A DNA stretch of 64,000 nt from positions 2,356,001 to 2,420,000 of the forward strand of contig JAYWIR010000020.1 of assembly GCA_036172245.1 (NCBI GenBank), given 5' to 3'. The DNA is from Raillietiella orientalis (taxonomy: Eukaryota). This document shows positions 1-13,837 of this stretch, piece by piece. Within the stretch, counting starts at the first letter, position 1. The number at the start of each line of letters is the position of its first letter. A program made the translations under genes and the position numbers. The notes beneath the pieces were generated by a model, which made no database searches, had not been told where the DNA came from, and saw only the letters and a program-made list of their open reading frames with translations.

Positions 1-336
1 TCCAATATGTTAATGCAGCCATTCATCTTTCCAGTTTATTTCCGTGCTCTTGCCGTCGCACACACACGGCGTAGGGAACGGCGTCCGAGAAAGCAGGTCT
101 AATTGGATACCGATTACGCGGGACGGCGGCAAAACAACCGACCACTTGACTTTCTCTCCCGGCGAAAATGAAGAGGAACCCAAAGAGCGTTTCCCGACGC
201 TCCTGCCGCCGCCACCCGCGTCCGGAGACCAGCAAGCGTCAGAAAGGTACATTTTGAAAAAAATAAAAAAAAGAGCAATCACTTCCTATGCAGCCGTTTC
301 TGTTGACCCATTAGCGTTTATTCGGAGCAGCAAGTT

Positions 337-780
337 TTGTCTCCCGTGCACCCCCACTCCGGGTTCTTCCCTTCCGGATGGGGGTTCCCTTTCATCGTGT
401 ACCCACTGATCGGTGCATACGGGATTCCTGCGGCGAGTTTCCTTCCTCTCCAGTCTTTTCCGAATTACGGATTGCATGGACAGTTCCCTGCGCGCAGCAA
501 GAAGCCCAAAAGACACTACAAGGTCGTTTTCGTGAAACCTCCGAAAACGCCTCCGCAGGAAGTGATCCTCCCAGAGAGCAAGGCAAAGTCCACGTCCGTG
601 GTGGTGTACTTGCTCGTCCCCAAAACCAAACCGCCAGTGCTGAAACACCCCGTGAAATACGAACCCAGCAAACCAGAGAAACCGGAAGTGTTCCTAGTGA
701 AATACAATTCTAAGCAGGATGACATTAAGTCGAAATTTACCCCCAACTCGTATCCCAGGGATGCCGTTCCTCCAGAGTAG
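337..780 (+). CDS. Tweedle-family (DUF243) cuticular protein, main coding segment; 5' end unresolved, possibly degenerate
   Basis: The ORF has the Tweedle blocks in order: KRHYKVVFVKPP, TSVVVYLLVPK, KPEVFLVKY, in a Pro/Lys-rich context. There is no in-frame ATG or signal peptide (in-frame stop at 304-306), so an upstream exon or frameshift is needed. AATAAA follows at 861. Confidence 0.75.
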   Translation: MSPVHPHSGFFPSGWGFPFIVYPLIGAYGIPAASFLPLQSFPNYGLHGQFPARSKKPKRHYKVVFVKPPKTPPQEVILPESKAKSTSVVVYLLVPKTKPPVLKHPVKYEPSKPEKPEVFLVKYNSKQDDIKSKFTPNSYPRDAVPPE

Positions 781-860
781 CCCTCCCGGACGAACTCGCC
801 ATTGTGCTTCTCCCCTTGCAGCGTCCTGTAAGATGTGCAGTAATACGTCCGTGGGGTTGC

Positions 861-866
861 AATAAA
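861..866 (+). terminator. Candidate polyadenylation signal of the first Tweedle-like gene
   Basis: AATAAA 80 nt downstream of the stop codon at 780. Confidence 0.5.
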
Positions 867-2609
867 CTCGTGAAAAACGACAGCCAATCTATTCATTAGA
901 CGTAGATGGACCCGACACGTTTCCCGAGCGTGGTTTCCCAGGCGCTTCCACGCCTCCGTAACCACGGAGGAAGAAGCCCTTGGTTTTTTGGAAGTTGCTG
1001 GCGTCGCTTCTGGAACGCGGTGGACCGAACGGATTTTCCCGAAGGGGATGGATGCTGCGCGAGACGGATGTGCGCGCGGGCACGAGGGGATGTGTCCGCG
1101 GATGGAATCGCGTCGCCTGGTGCCCGTTGCACCTCTCTGCAGCGGGATCCATGGTGACGTTAAAGGAGAAACAAATTGCTTCGCCTTTCAATCAAGGAGA
1201 AGGATTCAGGAAACGGGATGAGAGGAAGACAAAAAACAAAAAAAATCTCATGCTGTTTTTGTTCCCTCACCACCGAGGAGAAGTTCATTAATTTTTTTTT
1301 TTTTTTTCCTCTGATAGATCTCGGAAATTTCAGAAATGCGAAGCCAGTCAAGAGGGAAGGACTTCAGTTTTTCCTTTTAATAACGATGTGACGCCTAATT
1401 TCGCATTGAAAGTCCTTCTGTTTCGTAATCATCGCTGCATCTTGCTCTTTTTTCTCTTTTTTGAAGGAGAGGGAAGGGGGAGGGGGGAGGAACTGCTCTC
1501 GAAATTCGCCTGGTTTCACGACAAGGAACGAGGGATTCCCGTGCGACTTTGGCAGCTGACGATGGAACGTGGCGGATTCATGTGGTGAAGCTGGATTCCG
1601 CATCCGGAACCAGGATTTCATTCAAGGCATCTTGCGATGCGAAGACTCGAGAGTGAAAGTTTCGAATCCGGCTAATGAATGCATAATGATTTTCCGGTAA
1701 GAGTGTAAGGAGGCAACCGTGAGATTCTGCGTCCCACGACAACTTGATGGACCGATACCGAAGAGGTCGAGAGCGTTTATTTCTCAAGACGTTTCGAGTT
1801 CCCTCGGAAGGACGACGCCTATCTGCCACACGACGGATCCTCCCACGTAAATATTCAGCGCGAGGCGCACCGGAGCCAAGGCAGAATTTGCAAAGTGCAT
1901 TTGGCCCCCCTCGGGCGATTCGGCGGAACTGTTTGCATCGAAAGTCTCCCTTAGTCTCTCCTCTTCCGTGATCGATCTTTGCGTCTTGCAGTTCCCTACA
2001 CCGCCAACTGTTGCTCGGCAAGAATCCTTTCGGATTTGATGCTGATCGATTCCGCGGGTGAGGGCGCAAGACAAGACCTGCTCACCCGCGAGAGTGTGCG
2101 TCCAGTGCAGAAAGGTGGTTCCGTCTCCTTTCTGCGTACCTGAAGACCTCAGGTTCGATTCGGAGATGTTGAATCTTCATTTCGATGAAAGGGGCTTGGG
2201 GCACACGGCGATCCCTGCCGTTCCCGTTCCTCAATTCAAAACGACCTGAAAAAAATCCAGAGATCGCTAGGGAGAGTGAATAGGGAGAGTGAATGCTCCG
2301 AACCCGCAAACGAAGACGAAGCACTTGCCACGAACGCAAGTGCAAACCCAGCGTCGAGCAGCATCTCCACATCTGTCGAGTGCGAGGTGAAAATTATGAA
2401 GTTTGGGGCCGGAGGCTGCTCTTCTGTTTCTGCTCTATTATGGGCGTAATAGGCTTTCTAACAACATACATGTCAAGTTTATCCATAGAAACACTGTAAA
2501 AAATCTTCAGCACATAGGATGTATCATTCAACATCGTCAAGTAGCGCTACAAGACCTGTTACCTTAGAAGGAAGTAAAACGAACGTAAAGGAACATAGCA
2601 GGAAGCGCA

Positions 2610-2810
2610 GTGCACACGAATAACCAAAGACTCGCTTTGTCTCAAGGAAGACGAGCCTTTGGCAATCGATCCAAGACGACATCCGTGCGCACCAAGCCAG
2701 GATCAACATGGAACCACCGCACTCACCCAAGTGCCTGAGTAGTTGGTGTTTCCATGTTTGGCAAATCCACCTGCTGGAGCCGATCGCTGGATTTGGCGAC
2801 AGCGCGAGAT
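2610..2810 (+). mobile_element. Possible highly decayed LTR-retrotransposon (Gypsy-type) integrase remnant
   Basis: Translation SRKTSLWQSIQDDIRAH...PKCLSSWCFHVWQIH loosely resembles the WP-DI...PW-xx-H-D junction of the integrase Zn-binding and core regions; key Cys residues are missing. Confidence 0.25.
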
Positions 2811-5800
2811 GACGGCCAACGACGACCCGTCCGTTCTTGAGCACACAGAGGTGCCTCCGAGGTTGCGCGGGTCCGACACGGCTCCGAAAGAGGTAGCTCG
2901 CAATCCGTTAGTCCTTCCGGAAAGTCAACTGATCCGGAAAGACGTGGACGAGGAAGAGAAGACCTTCCGAGCGCTGACCGACGTTGGATGTGTGCTGGCG
3001 CGAGAACACGTTTCGTGGCACCAGCTTCATTCTTCTTTATCACGTTTTGCCTCAGATTGGATTGCGGCCGCGTAACAAGAACGAAATGCAGGGATGCGAT
3101 TTTCTAGCAGGGGCACGGCGGCGAGGAAACCAACAGATGCTGCAGACTGCGGCATCCGGTAGTTTTTTCCTTCTTCTTCTCCTTATCGGATAACTCCCGG
3201 AACGCTTTCTGTTGGCTCCGAGGGAAAGTCCCGCAGACTTTTTTTTCCCCTCCTGTGGAAGACAGCGACTCAATTCCTGCTGCGGGATTCGAGCAAGAGA
3301 TGCTGTTTGAAGTACCGGTGAAGAGAGCTACTATTTGCGCCTGTCGATGCTCCTGGCATCGGTCGCGACCGGGGGCCCGTTCCAGCAAGTGTTCTGGAGA
3401 TGTAGTCACGTTTGGAAGGAAATTTGTGAATTCCTAATTGAAATGTAAGAAAGAGGGGGTTCGTCGCTAGCAACAGTGATGCTCCGCATCATGGCATGTT
3501 CTGATTATAATTTCCACGTTCGTTTGAAACATAAATAAAGCCAACGGCAGTCGATTTGTCAAAGCAAGAAGAAAAGGGAATTGCTAAAAAAAAATTGAAA
3601 AGGGAGAACGATGGATTTTTTTTTCTTTTTCGCAGATGAAGTGCTTTGCTGTTCGGTGTCTGCGCGCTCCTTGTGCAAGTACCAACCAACTGTTCATCAC
3701 TTCAGTCATCACTGATTGCGGTCTTCATTCAGGTCTTTCACTCGAAGTTTCACCGATTTCGAGTTGGTCCAATTAGCGGCGTGCATTTGTGGGGAGGAAT
3801 AGCTGAGCTTTTTTTGTCGCAGACCCGGGAGCTGTGGGCGCAATTAAGATCAGACAGCGAAATCTAAAGCTGGAAAACTGCCTCCATTGGAGCAGTTCTG
3901 TGACGGCAAACAGTCGGAGGATCTCTGCTAGGAGTGCCGCATCCATGTGGACGAAAAATTGTTTGACATCTAGACATACTGGCATGTCCCCGCATTCCAA
4001 ACATGTTGAACACGTGTGTGGAAAACGTATGTGAATTGCATTTGCTTTGTTCTTGCTCTCCACCTCCCTCAACCCGAATAGCGTACTCAGAGGAAAGGAA
4101 GGTTTCTGGGGTCGAAGAAAGCTAGAGGCACTCTGTGGGGAATGGTAGACGCTACTGTAGGATGGAGATGTGTGATCTGTTCGATATGTTTCTTGCTCTG
4201 CCTCCTTAATCAAAGCATTTCGGGAAGGCACGTCTGTAATGGGATATTACATGATAATTTTCATGTGACATCCGTCTCCGGAGCAATGAGAATAATAGTT
4301 CTATGGAAAGATGGCGAGGGAAGAAAATTTTTGACCATTGCAATAATAGGCTGCCTTATTAACTGATCTGTGTGAAGGGCGATGGGTTTCTACTAATAAC
4401 CTCACGAGTGAATGGCAGCTTTCCATTGCAATCAGAAGCTTAAAATTGTTTAATTATTTATTCACGAATATCTATCTTTAAAGAGAAAGGATCCAGGAAT
4501 GATTTTCTGATCTGATGAACGTGCTTGTGGAAAATTAGGTTAGCAGATATAGATATGTGCTAATTGCTTTCCGACCAACTTATTCTTCAAACAGAGCAGT
4601 TTCGCAATTAAAATTGTCACTTTGTTTCCACATTATGTGTAGGTGCTAATCTTCAGTTAGTCGCTCATTACATACTCATTAAACGATGTACATAAAAAAC
4701 AAAATCTCCCTCTCATTTTTCACGATAGATACACAGAACTGATCAGTAAAAGTGAAATGCTGTGGAAGAGAGGTAGGCTTGTAAATCCTAAACAGCTCTT
4801 CGAGGAGAAAATGAACAGTTTTCCATCTGATTTCTGGCAGCAGCCTTCCATTCTTCAATGAAACGTACTTTGGTTGCTCGATTTTGTACATTAAGAGTTG
4901 AGCGAACGCACAGGAAAACTTACTCGAGTTTAGTGTCCGTTAGGCAACGTGCATCTCGTTTTTCACCTATCCAGCATCCACTCGGAAAGGAGCTCGCCAA
5001 CCTACGAGGCGCATCTCAAAAGAAAGGACGCATCGGATGTAAAGAAAGAACAAATAAGAGACACAAAAGTGTATTCGTGGTTGTTCTAAACACATACGTC
5101 CCCATTTCATTTTTCCACGTGGTCACCATTTCTTTCCAACTTTCCACTTTTGACACCGTGGAACGAGCTTTTTTTTTTTTTTAACCCTCTGCATGAAATT
5201 CTCCGCCTGGGAGTTCAGCCGGTTCAGCAGCACTGAGGTTTCAACTCCTCACTTTCCCCCCTCGAATCGTTGAGCCACTCCTGGAGGTGCAGGAAGGCGT
5301 GGTAGCCACCTTTGGGGTATGTTCGATCCTTCCTTTTGCAGTGCGCCTCGTATGTACGCCTTTTCACTAAGGGATTGAAAATCTTATCTTTTGGTACTTG
5401 GAATCCTTCCGTTTGTATTCTCCGGGTGAAGTTCAGGGTGTGGAAAATGACCTGAAATCCGCAACAGAAGGTGTGGCCACGGGGAAAGCGTAGTGGGATG
5501 AAATGAGAGCCACCCTTATGTGTACATCTCTTGAAAAGCAAGGAAAGCGGGTTCCATTTTCTTTTCTTTTTTCCTTTCAGTCGAAAGATGATGTATTTTT
5601 TAAGGGATTGTCTGTACACAGCGTCTACACAGTCTTTTCTAATTTCGAGAAACTGCGATGAAGCACCACAAGGCAATGTCTGAGATGTCTCAGCTCATAT
5701 CAATGAGAACAATCAGTAATGTGCGATGCTGAGACCGAGAACGAATGGTCACTTCGATCCAAAAACAGCACGCGAAGGGTGAAGATTTGGTGACACGGAG

Positions 5801-6100
5801 GTGAAGATTGGATGGAGCGCAGGCTCGTAGTTTCCCCTCAGAAATCTCTGCACCAATTCAGAATATGGAAACCGGAAGCAGAACGTGATCAGCGATTCTG
5901 GGAAACCTGCCGTATTCTCAACTGCTGCGAAAGTGCCTGCAGGGATCATCTTCACGGGGACCGTATGACTGGCTGCGCTGCAGCCCTCGTTATTTTTTGT
6001 TCCCTTCTCACGGAAACTTCTTTCGACACACGGCTGTAGGTGGAATTGGAGCTTTTTAAAAGTCCGCCTTCAACTGAAAGATGGGAGGAGGCTCTGACGA

Positions 6101-6399
6101 CACCACTTTAACTCTGTGGGAAACACTAACAGCATCAATGCAACCCTGTGGGAAACAATAAAAGCACCAATGCAGCCCTGTGAGAAACACTAACAACACC
6201 CCTTTAACTCTATGAGGAACACTAGCAAGACCGTTGCCCTACTCGAAACACCAGCGACACCGATACAACCATGTGAAACACCGTTTTAACCCTATGAGAA
6301 ACACAAACAACATCTTTGCAACCCTGTGGGAAATACTGGCAACATCCCTTTAACTCTGTGGGGAACACTAACATCACCGTTGCAATTCTATGAGGAAAC
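6101..6399. repeat. Minisatellite, ~32-bp unit, about 9 diverged copies
   Basis: Adjacent units such as caccactttaactctgtgggaaacactaacag / catcaatgcaaccctgtgggaaacaataaaag / caccaatgcagccctgtgagaaacactaacaa with no unique spacers. Confidence 0.9.
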
Positions 6400-9300
6400 C
6401 GGAATTCCGTTTCTTCCTTCTGGACACATTTGCGTATCGAAACCTCAGTTTTCCTATTTGATGTGTGAAGATGGCATTGAGCTTTGCCCTAAGTCTTCCC
6501 GCAGCTGCGTCAGGAACACGGGAACTTTTCGCTGTTTAAAAGTCGAATCGAAAGGTGATGGAAGGAAGAATCGAATGGATACGAGAGTTAAGCTACACTC
6601 GAGAGAGGAGAGAGATCCCACATTCTATTCCGAGGCAGGCCTCATGATTCAAAAAAGTGGATTTCTTGTCGACCGTAGTCATGGGTGCCAGCTGAGACTA
6701 CCACTTTGTGACACATGAGATGGACTCCTAGAGCCGAGTCCAAAGCTTTTTCAGAGTTGTATACTCACCTTGGCGAGGGACAAAGCAGTCTTTTTAGTGT
6801 ACGATGAACAACTTCTACTGTATACAAATTGAAGGAAACCTGTCGCTCTTGCCAGTCTATCCTGCCATTATCGAGAAGGTGCGCCTACCGCAATGAAGAT
6901 GGTGGATAATTCTAAGTAAAGACATGCATTACTCCGTTTAGGAGTAGTTTCTTCGAAAGTGACAACTGTACTATTTTTAAAAAATCAGCAACAATGTTTT
7001 AGAAGAGTATATGAGCCATTTCTTTTTTCCCGGATTGATGATTTTCGAGTCCAAAAGCATTCGGAAGAAAATCTTGAAATCTCGCAAGTTTTCATTCCTC
7101 TACCAATAGTGTCTTGTTTCAAGATCCTGGAAACTTTCCAAACACGAGGTCTGCTGCTGCTTGAAACATCGTGTGTTCAGTGATCGTGCACGTTTGCACT
7201 CGGAATATTCGCATGCACAGTCATTCTTACGATGCGAGCCTCTGGTTTCTCGAGACGTAGTAAAAGTCACGTGTGACTTCTGCTGAATAAGAAACGAATG
7301 TCATCAGGTGACCAGCAGTTATCAAAAAAGAAAGATCCTTTCTTGATTGGACGAGTAAGCAAACTGATCACGGATGTGTTTTGTGTTCTCCTCTGCACAT
7401 GCCGTTCTCTTTGGGATATGGTGGAACATTCGTACCTGAGGAAGGAATCCACATTTCGAAATTCAAATGAGCTTTGATTCAGATGATGATGAGGCACTGA
7501 GTCAGTGTGGTGAAGACGGGTGTGATGCACAGTTTTCAAAGAGATTGTTCGATTAGATTGCTCGGGCTGCCAAGAAAAGGAGAAACAGACATCTCCATAG
7601 AGAGAAACTGTCTGGGCGCACTGAATATGTGACTGAAGCTGAAGATACGCCAACAGTCCAAATGTCAAATTAATATTCCCGAGAAACTCGAGGAGTGTAA
7701 TGAAAAAAACTGTCACATCTACATCTCTAAATATTCGGCACGATATCAGTGCCTAATAAAATGCAGGTGAAGACAGGGAAAAGAGCATTCAGAATGAAGA
7801 GAGTTGATTTCCTCGAAATTCGAGGTAGCTTCGAAACTCCTTCATCCTTAGATCCATCTGCTTGCCCCCTTCTTCCCCCACCCCCTTGCAATCCCAGCAT
7901 TCCTGCTGATGCGTCTGCTTTTTTCGTCCCTCGGCTTCACTTTGAGAGCCTCGAATTTGCCTTCTGCAGTTCTTAGCCACACGAGCAAGAGTGTCATTTG
8001 CACTGAGGAAGCAAACAGACTGATGTCTTCAAACACGAGCGATCTGCCCCACAAGCTCGATCTGATAAAAGAAAAAAGCCTAAACTGGAAAGCGCGCAAA
8101 TCCGCGCGACTCTCGTCAAAGACAGAGATATGCTTGGCTCGGACAGCGGCGATCCTGGATTTTCTTCTCGTTCGCAAAGAGCAAGAGCTCCCAGCGGCCT
8201 CTGTGGCGGAAAAAAATCCCGGGCAGGCTGAACAAACTTCCTCTTGGCAAACAGCTGCTTTTTATTTTTATATGTTATCAGCGTATTTCACAGGATGCAA
8301 TTCATCTCCAATTAATGGCCAACAGCTGATGAACGCAAACCGTGAATCCAGAGACGAAAGGTCTCTCGGCAGAAATGAAAGTCGAAGTGTTTCTGCTACC
8401 AAGCGAGACCGGAAGCAAGAGTTCCATTTCGTTCCGGAGTCCTTGAAGACGTTCAGCACGATTTTCGCCGCACCACTGCGTTCGGCCGTGGACCAAGTGG
8501 TGCGCAAAAATTTTTCCTTTAAATCGGTGTTACTCTCCTGTGCAGATTCTTTCGCACCATAGGAGCATCTGTAAATCTACCTGCTTCTGCAGTGGCTGCA
8601 TGGGGCGAGTCAAGGTGGGACCATGCTTTCTCAGCATCTCTATCAAGGTGCTGAGAAAGGGACACGAATGCCCACTCCGGCCTCGGAAGGCCGCTACAGA
8701 TTTTTCTCAGCTGAGGGAGGAAGAGGGACAACGAGCCGGTGGTCAACATCGTAGCAGAATGGTCGAAGAACATCACAGCAGTGCAGATGTTCTTACAGAG
8801 GCTCAGACAGATCATTGGGAAGGCAATGTACGAGTGGATCCGGCTCAGAAAATCAAGCTTGCGAACTAAACATATGTATGGGTTCCATCTCATGATTGCC
8901 GAGAGCGACTTGGACATCCCGAAAACAGCAAGGAGATGAGATAGTATCGCGTAGGATTGGAAAGATCATGGCAACCACTTTTCAAATTTCTTGGAAGGGA
9001 CCTTAGAAGTTGATCGTAGAATCTTAGCTTGCCGATCGAATTTGCAGGCAAAATTTGCTACCATTTTACAGGTTCCCTGTGAACCAGTCTTTCTTTTCGA
9101 GTGCTAGCCTCCGGTCCATAGATGTGCAATGAAAATGAGGTTTCGACAGACTGTCCTCGCAAGATGAGCTGTTCAAACCAGCGCGTAAAAGCTTATGAGG
9201 AAGATGAATCTACTTGTGCTGTGACGCTGATTTTGGATACCCTTGGAATCTTTTGCTTATTACTGTGCGACCATAATTCTCCGCATCTGGGCAACGACAC

Positions 9301-12138
9301 CGTTTCCGTGCTGATGGTATGGTGGGACCGCTTCTTGCACACGTAGGGAAGGAACGGATCGGTCAACGTTAGGTTTCGTTAGCCGTGACCGGGTAATCGG
9401 AGGCCTTGAGCACCATGCCATGCGGGTGGCATACGTTCCTTTCGGACGGTCCTTCCTATCCTGGATTTTGGTCAGAAGAAATCCAGCTGCCAATCGAAAC
9501 CTCATGCAACGAGTGAGTCCTATGCTCTCCATGAGTAGTGCAAAAGAAGCAATCCGATTGGAAGAAGATGACCTTCCGAATGATGCCGAATTTGAATGAT
9601 ACCATGGCTTTCCCCTAAAAGCTAACAACTTCTCTCACTGAATTCTGAATAATTTCTGTAGGAGAAATTCCAAGACGCATTCATTCAGAGACTCGAGACG
9701 ATGTCCATGGAGCACTAGGGAACAACGTGAAAGAATAATTTTTTTTCACAGTCCACAAGAAGCTACGTGCATAATTGGTGCGATGGATTGTGCAACGATA
9801 GACTTTCAGATTTCGCACCATTCTCTTCATCTGTGGAAACATCTCAAGTTCTCTCCGAGAGAGAAAACTAACTGAAATCGTTTCTTCAAAGATTCTGCAC
9901 AGGGAATGACAGCTGCCGTAGAACAACGTGGTCCAAATGCTTGACTTGTGCGTTCCTAAATTCCTGATTTCATTGCTGCAGTGCTCATCATCACAGATGA
10001 ATCAGAATCTGATGGGCGAAACTAACGAGTGCCTCCATTTTAGAATTCCTTGCTTGTTTAGAATCCTTTCGGAGCACCTTTCGGATCCATGAGCATGTCA
10101 GGAGGAATACATGCTTGGCAATGAAATCCAGATTTGATCATGGCGAGGTGCTTTTACACACGACCGTGCACGGTTAATCGGAGAAACCATACATTTCCAC
10201 TTCGCCCCGTTCTTGCTCCAATCTTTAAGTCAGCCCTCCTTCAAACTTCTCATCTCTGAAAATCCGAAAGTACATACACCTTTCTCGTAAGCTTCTCTCC
10301 TAAGAGCAAGTTTGACTTGGGAATTTGATGAGGGGTGGTAGTTCTTTTGTAGAGTAGATAAATCACGTGCAGAAGTTTTTAAGCTCCTCTACGGATCCGA
10401 TTCAGAGACACTTGAATCTGAGCTGGACCTGTTTTTCTGTAGTAAGCTTGGCTCCTCAGAAAGCCTTTATGGGTTTGCTCAAACGCCCCCATCTCGCCAA
10501 AAATTTCTGCACACGAATCCTCCGTCCTTTGATTTTCCATCGGAAAAGGGATTGGAGGTCTTCTGCTTGACCACTCTGCAAGAAAATTGATGCAGCTTTT
10601 GATGACCACTCTGCGATGCAGCTATCACTGATTAACAACCAACTCATCTTTCGTACCTGTGTAAAGGCTATATATAGAAAACACCCTCGGAGAACCGGGT
10701 TCTTGTGTCCTTAGCAGCTTGGTTGAGTTGAACATCACTTGCCACCGAAAGGCGTATTGAAAGCCGATACGAACCACGGATACCACCCACGAAACGTGGC
10801 GGTGGCTCACATGCGAGATGTTCAAAACACCATTCAGCTCATCAGTGAGATGACGCTAAAGGGATTCATTTGCTTAGGGACACGATAGAAGGCTCTCTAA
10901 AAGCACTTGTACAGAGTTCAAAAATGGGAACAGAAAAGCCTCTGGATTGGCTGATTCCGGGCAGCGTGTTTGATGCACTGAATTTTCTACCCCGTCTGCA
11001 TCCCTAATTTTCATTTTTGTTTTCTTTCTTTGTCTGGATAAGTAGGGCAGCCAGAGAGCGTGGAAAATTCGCAACAATCTTCTGATCTGGTTGGTCCAAG
11101 GTATGATAAGATGTCTTGAGAAGCTTCGATGCCACCGGAAAACAGATAACTGACATTCCGTTTAGCGCCGTCGCTGTCTCAGGTCATACCTGAAACTCGA
11201 GCGAACTCTTATTCGAGCACCCCTTAGCAACCAGGTGACTGGATGCACATTTTCATCTCCAAGAATCATGTCATTCAGAGCCAGCGCTGCAAAGTCAACT
11301 GCATGCTGCCTTCGCACACTGGTACACACGAGTCTCGACACTCTCCAATAGACGCGCGCATCGTCAAACCTGAGTCATTCCGTGAACACTTTTTTTTGGT
11401 CGCAAAACAGAAACAAAGTAGGAACTCCTTTGCTTTGGAAAGGAATCAAATAGATCTTTCCATAAATACATAGATCAGAAGCAATACACGCCCGTGCTCA
11501 CTTCTGCTGTGTGTTTTCGTGCCACTGGGGAAAAAAAAGAACGCTCGAAGGAAGAGGAGCAAGTCCGAAGTTTGGCTTGGAAATCTGATAACCTACGGCA
11601 GCGCTCCGTGTTTGCAGAGAAGACCGGGTAACTGCGATACCATCAGTTAATTGGTACAGTGCAAGAGCGACTCTCCGAAGAGCAGCGTTTCTTATTTATG
11701 AGCTGTCCAAGTCACAAATTCCCGAGGGCTTTTACTTTCTGCTCCACTTCTTTGTATCCTGCCTTGGGAACCAACCGCCGGAGGAACGAAGAGAGGGGGG
11801 TCGGCCCAAGTCATCGCAGTTTGTTCTTCATTATGCAAGCAGCAGCTGCACCTCGCATCCAAAGCCCGGATTTTCCTGTAAGCGAGTCAGTATGGGTCAG
11901 TACATGCATTTGCATGAGGGCACGTGCACGTGCAGAATAACTGATCTCTCACTCTCTCTAGATGAAGTTTCACTGCAGGATGGTGAGTTTGGCCACCGTG
12001 GATGAAAGAAGGATGGACCCCAGAATTTTCGAAAATTCCGATGGTGGGTCAAAGAAATCTCAAGGCACTCAAGAAGACATTTTCCTTTTTTGGAGTGTAT
12101 CACAAACTTTTCCGTAGAAGTGGGAACATTCGTGGTCG

Positions 12139-12930
12139 GAGTTTTGTTCAGAATCCCGAATGTCGAAATCTCAAAAGATCATAGTAAATAAACATATGCT
12201 TATGTTTATTACATATATTAATATATATATATACATTTGAATATAGATGAATAAACATTATAAAGATTGTAAGAAATAAATATATGTGCTCATTATGGAC
12301 CTTAAAAAGCTAATGCATTTTAACATACGTGTTTATTGATATTTATCAACGTACATGTTAATTATACAAATATATGTTATTTGATATATGTATGTGTTTA
12401 TTAATATCCATAATAAACCTTAATATGCATCATAAATATATACTGAATGAATATATAAACAGTGATGATATTATTCATGTGTATGTTAATAGGTATTAAT
12501 AAAAGTTTGTTAAAATGGCAGTTAGTGATATGCATATTAATAAATATGTATGTTAAAATGAATGTGTTGGTTAATCTATACACAAATGTAATTATGTATT
12601 AAAATTATATGATTATGTACTACAATCATATATATTAAAATTATATATTTATTATGTGTGTTAAGGTTTATTGTGTATATCATTGTATAATGAACATACA
12701 TATACATATTAATCACATACTGATATGATTAATATGTATTTTGATAAATATCGATAGACACGTACGTTAAAATACATTTGTTTGTTAATCCATAGAATCC
12801 ATATACGATGAATGTAATAGCACAATAAGTACATGTTTGTATTTTATAATTTTTTGGCACATGTTAATCGATATGCAAATATATACACTAAGCACATGCA
12901 TTTATTTTTCATGATCATTCGAAATTTGAG
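12139..12930. mobile_element. AT-rich foldback MITE, copy A (long inverted arms, right terminus truncated)
   Basis: Left end cagaatcccgaatgtcgaaatctcaaaagatcat matches the ends of the 52.3 kb and 54.7 kb copies. Internal inverted match 12311-12364 vs 12726-12779. Sharp switch to AT-rich composition. Confidence 0.8.
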
Positions 12931-13036
12931 TGTATCCTCATTTCCGCAAATCTGCAACCTCTCGCCTCCGGTAGGCAATGATTCCAGCAAATGCCATCTG
13001 GTGCCCTAGAGACCATCCATTTCTTTCATCAAGTTC

Positions 13037-13790
13037 CTATTCCCAAGAGAACCAGTCAGTCGGCACGTCTGAAACGGTAGGCGTTTCCCGTAGCGCCGTG
13101 CGGACTTTCGGCTGCGGCGTCTGAGACGACCGTTCACAAAGCAAAAAGACGTCTGGAACAATCTGGAGAAAGCTGACCGAGTGCAGAGGGAAGAGCAATT
13201 GAGGTACCTGAGACAAGAGCATAATGCTCAGAATCTCAGGATGAAGTGAAATGGATGCATCCGCCAGAGCTGCCTCCTCTGGTCCAGAGCACGGGTATCT
13301 CATGGAAACGTGGTCTCGGTTCGAAAATCTGCAAAGGGATGCGGATGCAGATTCTTCTCTGAAACGGATGCATAGAACGAGTTTCCTCCTGGTCGATGTT
13401 GTCGCGCAATCTGCGCCGGAGGACTGCACTCGGCTACCCCCTGAGGCATCTGTTGCTGCTAGTCCATCGGTGGATCTCCTGCCGCCCTGTAAACTGGAAT
13501 GCCTGGAGGCAGGAGGCTCTGGAGTGCTGGGACCGCCTCTTTCGAAGTGCGTCCAGAGGAACTGTAACCGCTGCAGGGTCTCCTACGCAAACCGCTAGGA
13601 GATCTCTTGCAGGATTGGACGTAATGGTCCCGGATAGACGTCACACCTCTTGCTGCAGAGCTACCTGCCCTCAGGGCAAGCAATGGCAGTAGCCAACCGG
13701 CGTGGTGGAAGTTCTCCTGCAACATTGCAGGAGTCGAAAAACTTCTGAACGGCCTCAAGACGAGCGAGTTGGTGAATGTCACCACTCCTC
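13037..13790 (-). mobile_element. Decayed non-LTR retrotransposon ORF1 zinc-knuckle and start of endonuclease
   Basis: Minus-strand frames give LQC...TAIACPEGR*LCSKRC (knuckle-like) and downstream VSFLQIVPDVFLLCE (resembles the APE D-x-x-x-L-x-E motif); broken by stops and frameshifts. Confidence 0.4.
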
Positions 13791-13837
13791 TCTTCCGGGA
13801 AAGGGAATCCTTCGGTGGAGTGACCCGCTTGGTTTAT

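Noticed and set aside
6101..6399. CRISPR-like periodic repeat
   Set aside because: Units are contiguous with no unique spacers, there are no cas genes, and the context is eukaryotic
7909..8562. 217-aa plus-strand ORF
   Set aside because: No recognisable domain or splice support; the opposite strand looks at least as coding-like
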